Assembly: GCF_964355755.1 (NCBI RefSeq)
Contig: NC_092672.1
Location: 14,694,001 to 14,758,000 of the forward strand
DNA length: 64,000 bases
Direction of reading: 5' to 3'
Origin: Antedon mediterranea
Taxonomy: Eukaryota > Animalia > Echinodermata
Shown piece by piece: positions 39,201 through 54,200 of this stretch; within the stretch, counting starts at the first letter, position 1; each line of letters begins with the position of its first letter. Both the position numbers and the translations under genes were made by a program. A model generated the notes under the pieces. The model was not told where the DNA came from. It did no database searches and saw nothing but the letters and a program-made list of their open reading frames with translations.

Positions 39201-42200
39201 TCTTTTAATACTAAAATATGTTCATTTCATAATGACATATATCATATTATACAACATATATCATTTTGTAAAATTTCCATTTTCATTTCATAACATATTC
39301 ATTTCCATCCATATTCATTTTTTTAATTCTTAACACATTCAAACATATTCATATCTTAACATATTTATTTCTTACATTTAGGTGTATTATAAAATAGAAT
39401 CATTAAGAAAAAGTGACATTAAATTTCATTAATACTTACATCTGGTAGATTGACAAATCCAAATTTTTGAGACAAGACTGACTTATTGGTTAAATTGATT
39501 TTAGCAATCACAGACTCATTTATAGTACAGTATCCAAAGTCAATATTGTTAGGATTCAGTTCAAAGTCAGTAACAGTTACAACAGCATGCAGAGTAAAAT
39601 GTACTGCTGACGTCTGCAGAAGATAAAAATAGATAAACAAAATAACATAATCTTGCACCATCCAAATCAAATCAAGCACATTTTTATCTGTATTAGTGTG
39701 AAAGTGGAAGTTCAAAAATGTTCCTGTAATTGATTCAAATTCTTAAAATGTTGCTCATTTCCAGTTTATTGATCAGTATAGTAAAGTAATTGTTACACAG
39801 CATATCATTTAAAGACTGCTATTACTGTATACTGTACAAATAATAAATGTTTGAGTATGATGGTACAAATAACGAAGTGAAAGATGAAATCCTATTTTTA
39901 TGAGGCGTCGTTTCTTCCGGTTGCACAAAACAACAGTCAGAGTGCTATTCGATTTTACACAGATTTTTTTTTTGTACAAGAAAAATAAACGTACTACTGT
40001 ATCACACAATCGTAGACAAAAAAAATGAATGTTTTTGAGTGTGATGTACAAATAATAGGTGAAAGATAAAAGGTTATATTTTCATGAGACAAATGAAAAT
40101 GATATTTTATAATATATCAAATTTTATATTTATTTGGATTTTATGACACACCTACTGTGGGTTCCCATAACAAAAAGTCTTAGTAGATCTATATCTATTA
40201 GCCTTATAAGTTATCGCCTTAATAGATATAGCTCTATTACCTATTAAGGTACCTACTAATAAGTAGATTTTAGGCAGATTTTAGATAGGTCCTAATAGGT
40301 TTTACCTCATTAGCATAATTCAAAACCCCCACTAATAGTATTAGATAGATTTTCACTATTTTTAATCTGTGAGTAACACAGTTGTATGCATCTATCTATT
40401 GTCTACTTACAATAGCTATATCAAGGGCTACCAGCAACCTATTAATAGACATAAACAAACTGATAATAGCCAGTAACTGTTGATAAACTATCTATTTTAT
40501 ATAGCTGGGAAGTAGTCATTCCATCGTTGACTTATTGAGTTAAAATCCTTAGTAGGCGAGATAAAAAGGTCTACTTAAAAACTATTAGGGCTACTAAAAA
40601 TAGAGCTATTTCTACTTACGACTACTTAAATCTACTAATTTTTTTTGCTATGGGTTACATGGCGTGCAATAGTACATATTATATAACACCTATATAAATT
40701 CCTGTCATTTGATTGGACGAATGTGGGTCACATGGCGTGCAATAGTACGCACTATTCAACGATCGTTAAATAGTACTTTTTGAAACATTTTTGTGTACGA
40801 AAAAAAAAACGTCTCGCGGATGAAAAAAAATCTAGTACACAAATTATCCTATGATATGGCTATGTACTGTGAAATACAACAGCGCCACCTGTCGTCTGGT
40901 CTCAGTTTCATTTGTAAACACCACCGCGAGATATGCAACAGCAGCAGATATTTGTGTACGATTTGGACATTATGTACTAATTTCATTCAAAAAGGCATTT
41001 AAATTAGCTTTAGATCGTTTTTAGGATTTTGATTGATTAATTAATGGGGACATCCCTACAAGACGTGGAATTGTTGGAAAAACCATAATTAGCTTAGATA
41101 AGTTCCAATTGTCTGTCGAAGTTTTGCCTTTCAGCCAAGCTAGTACTACTAGGCTACTAGGTCTAGCCTAGGCCATGCTAGTATTAGGCTAGGCCTAGCC
41201 TAGGCGTTTTAGCCTTGCTAGGCCTAGGATTGTTTGGTCGTTTGTTGACATAATTAACACAAAAGTAGGTGTGTTTACGAAATCCATATAAATATAACAT
41301 TTAATATAACATTATTAAAAACCAAATGTTAACTGTTTTTAATCAAATGTGTGTGAATGAAATGTAGTAAGCTTTGGCTAGGGCTACCTTTTATTTGATT
41401 CAAATAACTAGAATTTATTTAGATGTTATATAAAACAAATAATGAATGTTTTGTATTCGTGTAATGGTACAAATAATGGCACTTGGTGAATGATGAAAGG
41501 TTATATCAACTCGGCTTTGCCTCGTTGATATAACCTTTCATCATTCACCTCGTGCCATTATTTGTACCATTGCACTCATAAACATTCATTATTTGTATAC
41601 TATATTATAGTATGCTCATATTCTTGAGCTGTACCTATGTGTCATAATATACATTATACTGTATATCTATATACAGTGTAGCAGAGGTGAAATTACGGGA
41701 TCCACATCATGTTTTAATTTTTTGGTATTATGACATTATTTAAAAAAAGTTTTAGAATGACAATTTCAGAAGATAATGAATTGAGCAAATAAATAGAAGA
41801 ATTGGAAGAAAATTTGGCACGTAAAAGCATGGTGCATGCTCTTTAAAATGTGTATAACTTTGATGAATATATTGAAATATCTTTTACCTGATCAGCCACT
41901 CTTATTGTCATCGGTGCTTCAAGGACACCAGTTTCTTTGTCAAAATACTTCCCTCCTTCATCAAAAATTGACTTCCTGTATGATAAATGAAGTATGATGT
42001 TAGTACAGTAATAGTCTGAGAGATAAGTCGAAATAGTGCACATTATACCATTGGCCTAATGATCTTTGTGTGAAACATATTTTAATTCATCTGAAAACCA
42101 GATTCTGATTGATCATTCTGATGATGCACTTTGGAGTCAGAGTTCAATGACCTATTTTTTAAACCTGATTTAAAACAAAAAATTAGTGAAAATCAATATT

Positions 42201-45200
42201 TTATTTTAAACTCTAATTGTAGCAAAACTAAATCCTACATCCACTCCTGTTATGGCAGTTTTTAAAAATTCAAGGATATATTATTACAATATTTGTAAAA
42301 TAAAAATATGAAAGGATCCGGGCCAAGCACTATTCCTTCTCTACATATGACATCCACAAAGAGATCAAATTGATTGCGGATGGAGAGATCCTGTCTACAA
42401 ATGATCACTTTATTCTCCAACAAGTTCATAACCTATACTGTCACCGTTCCACAAAAAATGTCATTTCGCTGCCTAAAATATTGTTTCCAAGAAAAATCCA
42501 TGGCTGACCACCCACCTGGACAAACATTATGAGGCAATATAAAGGCACCATCTCATATGGACCACCACCCTCAGAAATTGCACTATAAATCCACCAGCCA
42601 ATATCAAGAACAAATTCAGTGCAGCCCAAGTTTCACTTTTTTGACACACACGTTGGGCAGGATTTTTAATTGTAATTTTATCTCGCTGTTTTCCATATTA
42701 AAGCTGTTGGACGTCATACTTGCAATTTCTTAATGTAATTTTTTATTTGTTCGTTTTTTCATGTCAGTGCTACTCTCGTATCAGTTTACTTCTTAATAAT
42801 TGGGTTATAAATATTTTAATATTAGTTATTTGTTTTTATATATAAAATTTTAAAGGTAGTAAATTGAAAAGGGAAAACCTACAATCCGATACCATAAGCA
42901 AACAGAGCATGTGCAAACCATAAGCAAGCAGAGCATGTGCAAACCATAAGCAAGCAGAGCATGTGCAAACCATAAGCAAGCAGAGCATGTGCAAACTTTA
43001 GTTGAAAAAAATGTTGATAAAATCCAATACCTTGGAAAAAATTTCAGTTGTGCTGAAAATTGTGACTGAGCCTGAATATAGCCTGTTTTTGGCAATAGCT
43101 CCAGGTGACTCTGAAGCTCCTTGCAAACTTCAAACGTTAGACGCAGAGAAGTTGTGGCCCTATTATTGACTATGACAGCATCTTGGTATAATCGATCAAC
43201 CATACAAATATTCAAGTCAATATTTCCATGTTTCACCCAAACTGGTACATCAATGGCATACGCAATCGACTTCACTGAAATCTACAAAAGTTATAGAATT
43301 TTATTAGTACACATAATATGAAAAAAGTGGAGTTAAAAGTCAATCTGGCAATGAGAAGGAATGTATAAAATTGCTTGGAAAAACAAAGTGGCCACAATGA
43401 CCATAGGAAAAAAGACAAAAAAATATATATTTTCTTACCACTGATGAATCTTGGTCATCAAAATGTATTTCAAATTCTGTTTCAACTCTGCCGGATATAC
43501 TAGGATTGTATATGATCTCAAGTTTCACCGATGAGAAAGGCTCTAATATTCCCTCTGTAGTTTTACCAACACCCATGCCGTCCAAGTCTCCCAATTCTAC
43601 AGTCCCTACAGATGAAATAAACATCTTAATATCAAATTAAATATTCAAATCATCAAGTAATAAAATAACATAAAACAAATTTAGTCTATACTCGATACTA
43701 AAACGTAGCAAATAAAAGTTTCAGTTTCAGTTTGCTGAAATGTGGAGGACGCTGATGTAAAAAATGTGTTAATATTGCAGTAGGCCATACTCTCAAACTA
43801 TTTCTCTCTTTTTTAACATTGGCCTATAATTAAGTAAAAATATCAGTAGTGTAAATGAGAATGTCATGCATTTCAAAACAAAATTTTTACAAAAAACTTT
43901 CCTTATATCCTGAAGCGTCAAAGTCACATTCCAAAATGTTATCACTTCATAGTCAATAAATACAGTCTAAATACTAACAAAATTACTTACTACAAAATGT
44001 ATCATTACCCTGGCAATCTTCTGTTTTAGATGCACTTTCAGGATCAGATATTGAGTGCTTCAGATGCTTGTCCAAAACATTACTCTGGGACTTCTCAATT
44101 GAAGTCTAAAAAAAAAGAATTAAGTGATAAAAATAGACAAATCTTATTAAGAGAAATCTATTTCTTTAATTCAGCTGGCCATATATATGACGTCACAGCA
44201 CAATTTTTACATGAATTCATATCTTTCATAATAAGTTATAAACTTCAAGGTCACCTTTGATTCTGAAGAGCTGTAAGATATCTTCAAATACATGGTGTAG
44301 GTGAAATTACAACTACAATAGTTTCTATACAATATAAACTTAAATTATACTTTACTCCAAAAAAATAAATAAGTTACACCTGTTTCTATCCTTGCCATTT
44401 GATTGGTTAATTATGCATCATTATTTTGCACTGTGAATGACGGCACTATTAAACGCTTTTTGTAAAAATGTTTGATACTTTCACCATGCTGTCAATGACA
44501 ACTGCGTGCAAAATTGGAGAGCCGCCTTTGAATGGCCTGACTTTTCTTGAAAGATTGACTGTCAACCTTACAAAGAATATAATAACCATCCAACTCTCAA
44601 ACACTCATTATTTGTATACTATTTCATTTCAATTTTGTATTCAATTATAATTTATATATTTTTAAACAATACTTACAAAACCACCAAGTGAAGTACCAGC
44701 TGATGTCGGGGTCTGCCTTAATCCTAGAAAATAGGTAAATTCATTATACAAATCTGCAAATGCTGTCTAGATATTCATAATAATAAAACAGGGGACACCT
44801 CACAGTAGTGCAAGATGTATACACGTAAAAACCATGAGTAGCAGTGAGATGTAAAACACGGGACACCTAGTAGTGCAAGATGTATACACCTAAATACCAT
44901 GAGTAGCAGTGAGATGTAAAACATGGGACACCTAGTAGTGCAAGATGTATACACCTAAATACCATGAGTAGCAGTGAGATGTAAAACACGGGACACCTAG
45001 TAGTGCAAGATGTATACACCTAAATACCATGAGTAGCAGTGAGATGTAAAACATGGGACACCTAGTAGTGCAGGATGTATACACCTAAATACCATGAGTA
45101 GCAGTGAGATGTAAAACACGGGACACCTAGTAGTGCAAGATGTATACACCTAAATACCATGAGTAGCAGTGAGATGTAAAACACGGGACACCTAGTAGTG

Positions 45201-48200
45201 CAAGATGTATACACCTAAATACCATGAGTAGCAGTGAGATGTAAAACATGGGACACCTAGTAGTGCAGGATGTATACACCTAAATACCATGAGTAGCAGT
45301 GAGATGTAAAACACGGGACACCTAGTAGTGCAAGATGTATACACCTAAATACCATGAGTAGCAGTGAGATGTAAAACACGGGACACCTAGTAGTGCAAGA
45401 TGTATACACCTAAATACCATGAGTAGCAGTGAGATGTAAAACATGGGACACCTAGTAGTGCAGGATGTATACACCTAAAAACCATGAGTAGCAGTGAGAT
45501 GTAAAACACGGGACACCTAGTAGTGCAAGATGTATACACCTAAATACCATGAGTAGCAGTGAGATGTAAAACACGGGACACCTAGTAGTGCAAGATGTAT
45601 ACACCTAAATACCATGAGTAGCAGTGAGATGTAAAACATGGGACACCTAGTGGTGCAAGATGTATACACCTAAAAACCATGAGTAGCAGTGAGATGTAAA
45701 ACATAGGACACCTAGTAGTGCAAGATGTATACACCTAAAAACCATGAGTAGCAGTGAGATGTAAAACATGGGACACCTAGTAGTGCAAGATGTATACACC
45801 TAAATACCATGAGTAGCAGTGAGATGTAAAACACGGGACACCTAGTAGTGCAAGATGTATACACCTAAAAACCATGAGTAGCAGTGAGATGTAAAACATG
45901 GGACACCTAGTAGTGCAAGATGTATACACCTAAATACCATGAGTAGCAGTGAGATGTAAAACACGGGACACCTAGTAGTGCAAGATGTATACACCTAAAA
46001 ACCATGAGTAGCAGTGAGATGTAAAACATGGGACACCTAGTAGTGCAAGATGTATACACCTAAATACCATGAGTAGCAGTGAGATGTAAAACACGGGACA
46101 CCTAGTAGTGCAAGATGTATACACCTAAAAACCATGAGTAGCAGTGAGATGTAAAACATGGGACACCTAGTAGTGCAAGATGTATACACCTAAATACCAT
46201 GAGTAGCAGTGAGATGTAAAACATGGGACACCTAGTAGTGCAAGATGTATACACCTAAAAACCATGAGTAGCAGTGAGATGTAAAACACGGGACACCTAG
46301 TAGTGCAAGATGTATACACCTAAATACCATGAGTAGCAGTGAGATGTAAAACACGGGACACCTAGTAGTGCAGGATGTATACACCTAAATACCATGAGTA
46401 GCAGTGAGATGTAAAACACGGGACACCTAGTAGTGCAGGATGTATACACCTAAAAACCATGAGTAGCAGTGAGATGTAAAACATAGGACACCTAGTGGTG
46501 CAAGATGTATACACCTAAATACCATGAGTAGCAGTGAGATGTAAAACACGGGACACCTAGTAGTGCAAGATGTATACACCTAAATACCATGAGTAGCAGT
46601 GAGATGTAAAACACGGGACACCTAGTAGTGCAAGATGTATACACCTAAAAACCATGAGTAGCAGTGAGATGTAAAACACGGGACACCTAGTAGTGCAAGA
46701 TGTATACACATAAATACCATGAGTAGCAGTGAGATGTAAAACACGGGACACCTAGTAGTGCAAGATGTATACACCTAAAAACCATGAGTAGCAGTGAGAT
46801 GTAAAACACGGGACACCTAGTAGTGCAAGATGTATACACCTAAATACCATGAGTAGCAGTGAGATGTAAAACACGGGACACCTAGTAGTGCAAGATGTAT
46901 ACACCTAAAAACCATGAGTAGCAGTGAGATGTAAAACATAGGACACCTAGTAGTGCAAGATGTATACACCTAAATACCATGAGTAGCAGTGAGATGTAAA
47001 ACACGGGACACCTAGTAGTGCAAGATGTATACACCTAAATACCATGAGTAGCAGTGAGATGTAAAACATGGGACACCTAGTAGTGCAAGATGTATACACC
47101 TAAATACCATGAGTAGCAGTGAGATGTAAAACACGGGACACCTAGTAGTGCAAGATGTATACACCTAAAAACCATGAGTAGCAGTGAGATGTAAAACATG
47201 GGACACCTAGTAGTGCAAGATGTATACACCTAAAAACCATGAGTAGCAGTGAGATGTAAAACATAGGACACCTAGTAGTGCAAGATGTATACACCTAAAT
47301 ACCATGAGTAGCAGTGAGATGTAAAACACGGGACACCTAGTAGTGCAAGATGTATACACCTAAATACCATGAGTAGCAGTGAGATGTAAAACATGGGACA
47401 CCTAGTAGTGCAAGATGTATACACCTAAAAACCATGAGTAGCAGTGAGATGTAAAACATGGGACACCTAGTAGTGCAAGATGTATACACCTAAATACCAT
47501 GAGTAGCAGTGAGATGTAAAACATAGGACACCTAGTAGTGCAAGATGTATACACCTAAAAACCATGAGTAGCAGTGAGATGTAAAACATAGGACACCTAG
47601 TGGTGCAAGATGTATACACCTAAATACCATGAGTAGCAGTGAGATGTAAAACACGGGACACCTAGTAGTGCAAGATGTATACACCTAAATACCATGAGTA
47701 GCAGTGAGATGTAAAACATAGGACACCTAGTGGTGCAAGATGTATACACCTAAAAACCATGAGTAGCAGTGAGATGTAAAACATAGGACACCTCACAGTA
47801 GTGCAAGATGTATACACCTAAATACCATGAGTAGCAGTGAGATGTAAAACACGGGACACCTAGTAGTGCAAGATGTATACACCTAAAAACCATGAGTAGC
47901 AGTGAGATGTAAAACATGGGACACCTAGTAGTGCAAGATGTATACACCTAAATACCATGAGTAGCAGTGAGATGTAAAACATGGGACACCTAGTAGTGCA
48001 GGATGTATACACCTAAATACCATGAGTAGCAGTGAGATGTAAAACACGGGACACCTAGTAGTGCAAGATGTATACACCTAAATACCATGAGTAGCAGTGA
48101 GATGTAAAACACGGGACACCTAGTAGTGCAAGATGTATACACCTAAAAACCATGAGTAGCAGTGAGATGTAAAACATGGGACACCTAGTAGTGCAAGATG

Positions 48201-51200
48201 TATACACCTAAATACCATGAGTAGCAGTGAGATGTAAAACATGGGACACCTAGTAGTGCAAGATGTATACACCTAAATACCATGAGTAGCAGTGAGATGT
48301 AAAACACGGGACACCTAGTAGTGCAAGATGTATACACCTAAATACCATGAGTAGCAGTGAGATGTAAAACACGGGACACCTAGTAGTGCAAGATGTATAC
48401 ACCTAAATACCATGAGTAGCAGTGAGATGTAAAACATGGGACACCTAGTAGTGCAAGATGTATACACCTAAATACCATGAGTAGCAGTGAGATGTAAAAC
48501 ATAGGACACCTAGTAGTGCAAGATGTATACACCTAAATACCATGAGTAGCAGTGAGATGTAAAACATGGGACACCTAGTAGTGCAAGATGTATACACGTA
48601 AAAACCATGAGTAGCAGTGAGATGTAAAACACGGGACACCTAGTAGTGCAAGATGTATACACCTAAATACCATGAGTAGCAGTGAGATGTAAAACACGGG
48701 ACACCTAGTAGTGCAGGATGTATACACCTAAATACCATGAGTAGCAGTGAGATGTAAAACACGGGACACCTAGTAGTGCAGGATGTATACACCTAAAAAC
48801 CATGAGTAGCAGTGAGATGTAAAACATAGGACACCTAGTGGTGCAAGATGTATACACCTAAATACCATGAGTAGCAGTGAGATGTAAAACACGGGACACC
48901 TAGTAGTGCAAGATGTATACACCTAAATACCATGAGTAGCAGTGAGATGTAAAACACGGGACACCTAGTAGTGCAAGATGTATACACCTAAATACCATGA
49001 GTAGCAGTGAGATGTAAAACATAGGACACCTAGTAGTGCAAGATGTATACACCTAAATACCATGAGTAGCAGTGAGATGTAAAACATGGGACACCTAGTA
49101 GTGCAAGATGTATACACCTAAAAACCATGAGTAGCAGTGAGATGTAAAACATGGGACACCTAGTAGTGCAAGATGTATACACCTAAAAACCATGAGTAGC
49201 AGTGAGATGTAAAACATGGGACACCTAGTAGTGCAAGATGTATACACCTAAAAACCATGAGTAGCAGTGAGATGTAAAACACGGGACACCTAGTAGTGCA
49301 AGATGTATACACCTAAATACCATGAGTAGCAGTGAGATGTAAAACACGGGACACCTAGTAGTGCAAGATGTATACACCTAAATACCATGAGTAGCAGTGA
49401 GATGTAAAACACGGGACACCTAGTAGTGCAAGATGTATACACCTAAATACCATGAGTAGCAGTGAGATGTAAAACATAGGACACCTAGTAGTGCAAGATG
49501 TATACACCTAAATACCATGAGTAGCAGTGAGATGTAAAACATGGGACATCTAGTAGTGCAAGATGTATACACCTAAAAACCATGAGTAGCAGTGAGATGT
49601 AAAACATGGGACACCTAGTAGTGCAAGATGTATACACCTAAATACCATGAGTAGCAGCGAGATGTAAAACATGGGACACCTAGTAGTGCAAGATGTATAC
49701 ACGTAAAAACCATGAGTAGCAGTGAGATGTAAAACATGGAACACCTCACAGTAGTGCAAGATGTATACACCTAAATACCATGAGTAGCAGTGACATGTAA
49801 AACATGGAACACCTAGTAGTGCAAGATGTATACACCTAAAAACCATGAGTAGCAGTGAGATGTAAAACATGGGACACCTAGTAGTGCAAGATGTATACAC
49901 CTAAATACCATGAGTAGCAGTGAGATGTAAAACATAGGACACCTCACAGTAGTGCAAGATGTATACACCTAAAAACCATGAGTAGCAGTGAGATGTAAAA
50001 CATAGGACACCTAGTAGTGCAAGATGTATACACCTAAAAACCATGAGTAGCAGTGAGATGTAAAACATGGGACACCTAGTAGTGCAAGATGTATACACGT
50101 AAAAACCATGAGTAGCAGTGAGATGTAAAACATGGGACACCTAGTAGTGCAAGATGTATACACCTAAAAACCATGAGTAGCAGTGAGATGTAAAACATGG
50201 GACACCTAGTAGTGCAAGATGTATACACGTAAAAACCATGAGTAGCAGTGAGATGTAAAACATGGGACACCTACTGCAGTAGTGCAAGATGTATACACCT
50301 AAAAACCATGAGTAGCAGTGAGATGTAAAACATGGGACACCTACATTAGTGCAAGATGTGTATTAAAGTAAGCATGAGAGGCAAAACTTATAAACAAACA
50401 GTTGTAAAGATTTACCTGATGTTCTTAGAAACTTAAAGCTAGTTCCTTTGGCTCCTTTATTAGTCAGAGTTATCGACTTTTTTAAATTTTCACCAATCAC
50501 TTGATTACCAAAGTCAATATAATCACAATCAACAGATAACTAAAAAAGAGAGAGAAACTAGAAATTATTACGGCGTAATACGATAAAATCTAGCAATACT
50601 AAGGACCTACAATAGCTTCACGTGTGTCACATGTACAGGATTTGTAATGATTGCATCCACCTTAATATTTTTCATTTCCATCTTATAATAAAATAATAAA
50701 TACCAGAGGAAGAATTAAAGGGACATTATAAATACAGTAGATCACTTGAAAGCATGTATAATAATATTGTTTTCAGGTTATATATTTAAAATATACATTG
50801 TAAAAGACACTTTGAATCCATCGCTTGCGATTTGTCAAAATACATGCCCTTGCATCTCTATATTGGGAACCAAGCCATTGGAAATAAGTTCATCAGGACT
50901 TTAATGAATTACAAGAATCCTGAGGGATAAAAGGACAATTTGAAAATGTTTATCTCATTGGAATTATTAAAATGGAATTCGTAAGCTTGGATTGGGGTGA
51001 AAAATCACATTGAGACATTAATAATAACAACCAAATTATATATATAAACTTACATTACATTTCTTTTTAGTACATTGAATTGGAACAACAAATGGACCTG
51101 TTTGTGCCAAGAATGAAATCACTCCTTTCAGATCTTCATTGACCTATGATAGTAATTTAAAATATGTAGTACATTATATTGGCAAGTGAAAAAAGTGAAT

Positions 51201-54200
51201 TCATAATATTAATTAATTCTTTAATATCTTTGCTGAATTTTTTTCTCTATGTAAAGTCAATGATAACTAGATTTGAACTTGTCAAAGTGACGAGTTCAGG
51301 TTATCCGCACAAACGCAACATGTACATATGTAACTATATGAACGTCGACAATGTTAAATGAGACTTAATTTATAAGCACGATAAAGTACTAAATATTTTA
51401 TCCATCCTGTAATTGGCGAGTGACTCGCTGTTGGATGCATATGAAATAAAAAAATAAATAAAAAAATGATTATGCCATCCTATGACATGTGCTGTGCTGA
51501 ATTGTACCTATTTTGTATCATACAGCATAGTAAAGTATTTACAGAATACACTGTATACGTTATATACAGCGTAGCATAAGCACGAGACCCATCTTTTAAA
51601 TCCAATTATTAAAATGTTGACGTCATCAAATTGACATATAAAGATAACTATTTTAGAATATAATTATCTAAATAATTACTTAAATAAAAATTTGAAGAAT
51701 TTTGGGCACGTAAAAGTGAGATGCGCTCTCGTTTAAACGCGATAAACTTTTACGAAAGAGATAAAAATATGACTTTTTGAATTCAACTGGCCATATGATG
51801 ATATCATGACATCAGATAGACAAAATGTGCATATGAATTCATATCTACAATTCAACAACTTCTATAATAAGTTTTAATCACATGGGTCACTTTTCATTCA
51901 GATGAGATATAACAGATTAAAATATACTGTATAGATGAAATTAAGTAACTCACGTTTATATTCTAATTTTTTTATATGGAATACATAATAAAAATAATTT
52001 TTTTTTAACTCATGTGAATGAAAATTGATTTAGAAAGAACATCTAGGAGAAAATGGGGAACGCATTATCGCGATGCGCTCTATTAAATGGGATTAACTAG
52101 ATGGAAAGAGAAAAAACATCAATTTTTAAAATTTGAGTGGCCATATGACATCAGAACATCCTGTAGGTACAAATTGATATCTACATTACAACTCATTAGC
52201 TTCCATAATACATTTAAAAAAAGAGGGAAGTAAATCATTGCCACTGCCGTTGTTATTTATGATCCTTTTTAACACATTAAAGTTAAAAAAGTCAATTAGT
52301 GTAAATAAAAATAAAAATACAATACCATTGGCTTAAATGTTATGTACATTTCACAGCTCATTCCAGCAGACATCTGGCCTGGTGGGTTAAATCTAAAATA
52401 AGCATACATTATTCATTATTTTCTGTATAGTAGCATTTCATGAATTGAAAACTTTATTCCCTTTTAAAATCTCCAAAACCAGGTTTGCATAGTGTGAAGT
52501 CAATTATTGGGAAAATCTTCAGTGAAATCTTAGGCGAGAGTCCTGATTTCTTGAGATGTTCTAATTTGTTACTGCACATGTGTAGCTTATTTTCACTGGT
52601 GAGAGACTGACTATCCCAATCACACTACATTATTCCCCCTATTTACTGGATCAGCAACTGTAAACAAAAACCTAAAAATGTTTTACAAAAATTTATGTGC
52701 GCACACAGATTAAAAATTTAAAAATGCACAAAATCTATGACATTTATTTACTAACGTACAGATATAGTTTAAATTAATTAATTAAAATTTATTTCTTATT
52801 TACTTCAAATTTTTAAAAACTGAAGGTCTTACAAAATTTCAAAGAAATCTTTCAAATGAGGTGACAAGTTGATATATTTCAGAAAGTTGACACTGTACGA
52901 CACATTAGTTAGAATCACTTTCTTCTTGTAGGTTTTCAAAACATCAAAATCCTAAAGAACAAAAATGTTTTACTATTATTACTGTATAGAAATGACTGTC
53001 AATGCCTCCATTCATTCATTCCTTATGAAAATGAGTTTAAGCAGCAGCAGTACGGTAAGAATGAAGATGCCATAATAATTAGTGTCTGTGCACACATACT
53101 GTTATCTTTCTTAAATCACTTAACTGAACAACAAAATTATGCAAATACTAAATGTGAACTAGATTTAATTTGTTCTGTACTACTATGCTGATGTATTTAT
53201 TTTTAGTGTCACAATTTCAGTTGCTTTTTTTTTTGCAGTAAACATAGTATATTCATATACTTTCTCCTTTTTATTTTTTTCAGTACAGAATTTTATGTAC
53301 CGATCATCTAAAAAATTAATCTCAATGATTTTCAAATTTGTACAATATCTGTATCATAATAAAACTTGAAGATGTATTGACCCACAAAACATGAAAAATA
53401 AAGATTAATAAAATCCATTCTGTAGATTTAAAAGTTAATCACTTCCGTAAAAAAAAGAACCCCGAAATCACAAACGACAAGATAAACGTATAAATTCAAC
53501 CAAAAATCCATTGGCTGGCAGCCAGTTTTTTCCAATCCAATTTTTGGTCAAAATGAATAACTATTATGACATTAAAATAGCATATTCAACAAAAAAATTG
53601 AAACAAATTTTTTTAAGGGGATAATCTTTAACCATGGTAGCGTGATCACTGAATTGTGTGATGTCACCAGGATGCCATTTTGTGAATGCACCATATCAAT
53701 CATATTTCATAACTGCTTGTCAGATATCAATTAAATTCTACACATAAACTTTAAGTCAAGAGTCAACATATAAGCATGAAAAAATGTAAGTCTATGCAGG
53801 AATTTGTGTGTGCAATAGCAATAGGTCAGAGTTCTTCTCTAGTAATGAAAATTTAAAAAATACTAATTCTAAAATTCTTTAAAATCAATTTAGAGCATGC
53901 ATGGTGCATGACATTTTGAGCACTCATGCCAGTAAGACAGCAATTTCTTTTTAAAAATGTATATTTATTGTGATAACATGAATAATATATGAGAAATACT
54001 AGCCTAGGCCTATATATCAAATATTTTCCTATTCCTATTGATTTTCTCAGTTGATATAGAGAGGTAAACGTTTAGGCAAAGTATTCGGCCGATAACGCAG
54101 TTCGAAGTATGACCACCCACCCACACAACTAGTGTTGTAATGAGTTTCTACCGCCAAAACAAATGCCTTTCAAATATCAAAAGTGGAGAGGAGAGAAATT

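Noticed and set aside
44379-44566. Possible extra CFAP74 exon after aag at 44567
   Set aside because: It has an in-frame TGA in the required phase, is partly similar to the repeat at 40680, and the frame closes without it.
46557-50270. Repetitive minus-strand ORFs (MYTSCTTRCP...)
   Set aside because: They are by-products of the 65-bp unit, which is not a multiple of 3, and have frequent stops.
44784-50360. CRISPR-like appearance of the 65-bp array (and of the 44-bp array at 30533-31320)
   Set aside because: Units are contiguous with no unique spacers, there are no cas genes, and the context is a eukaryotic intron.
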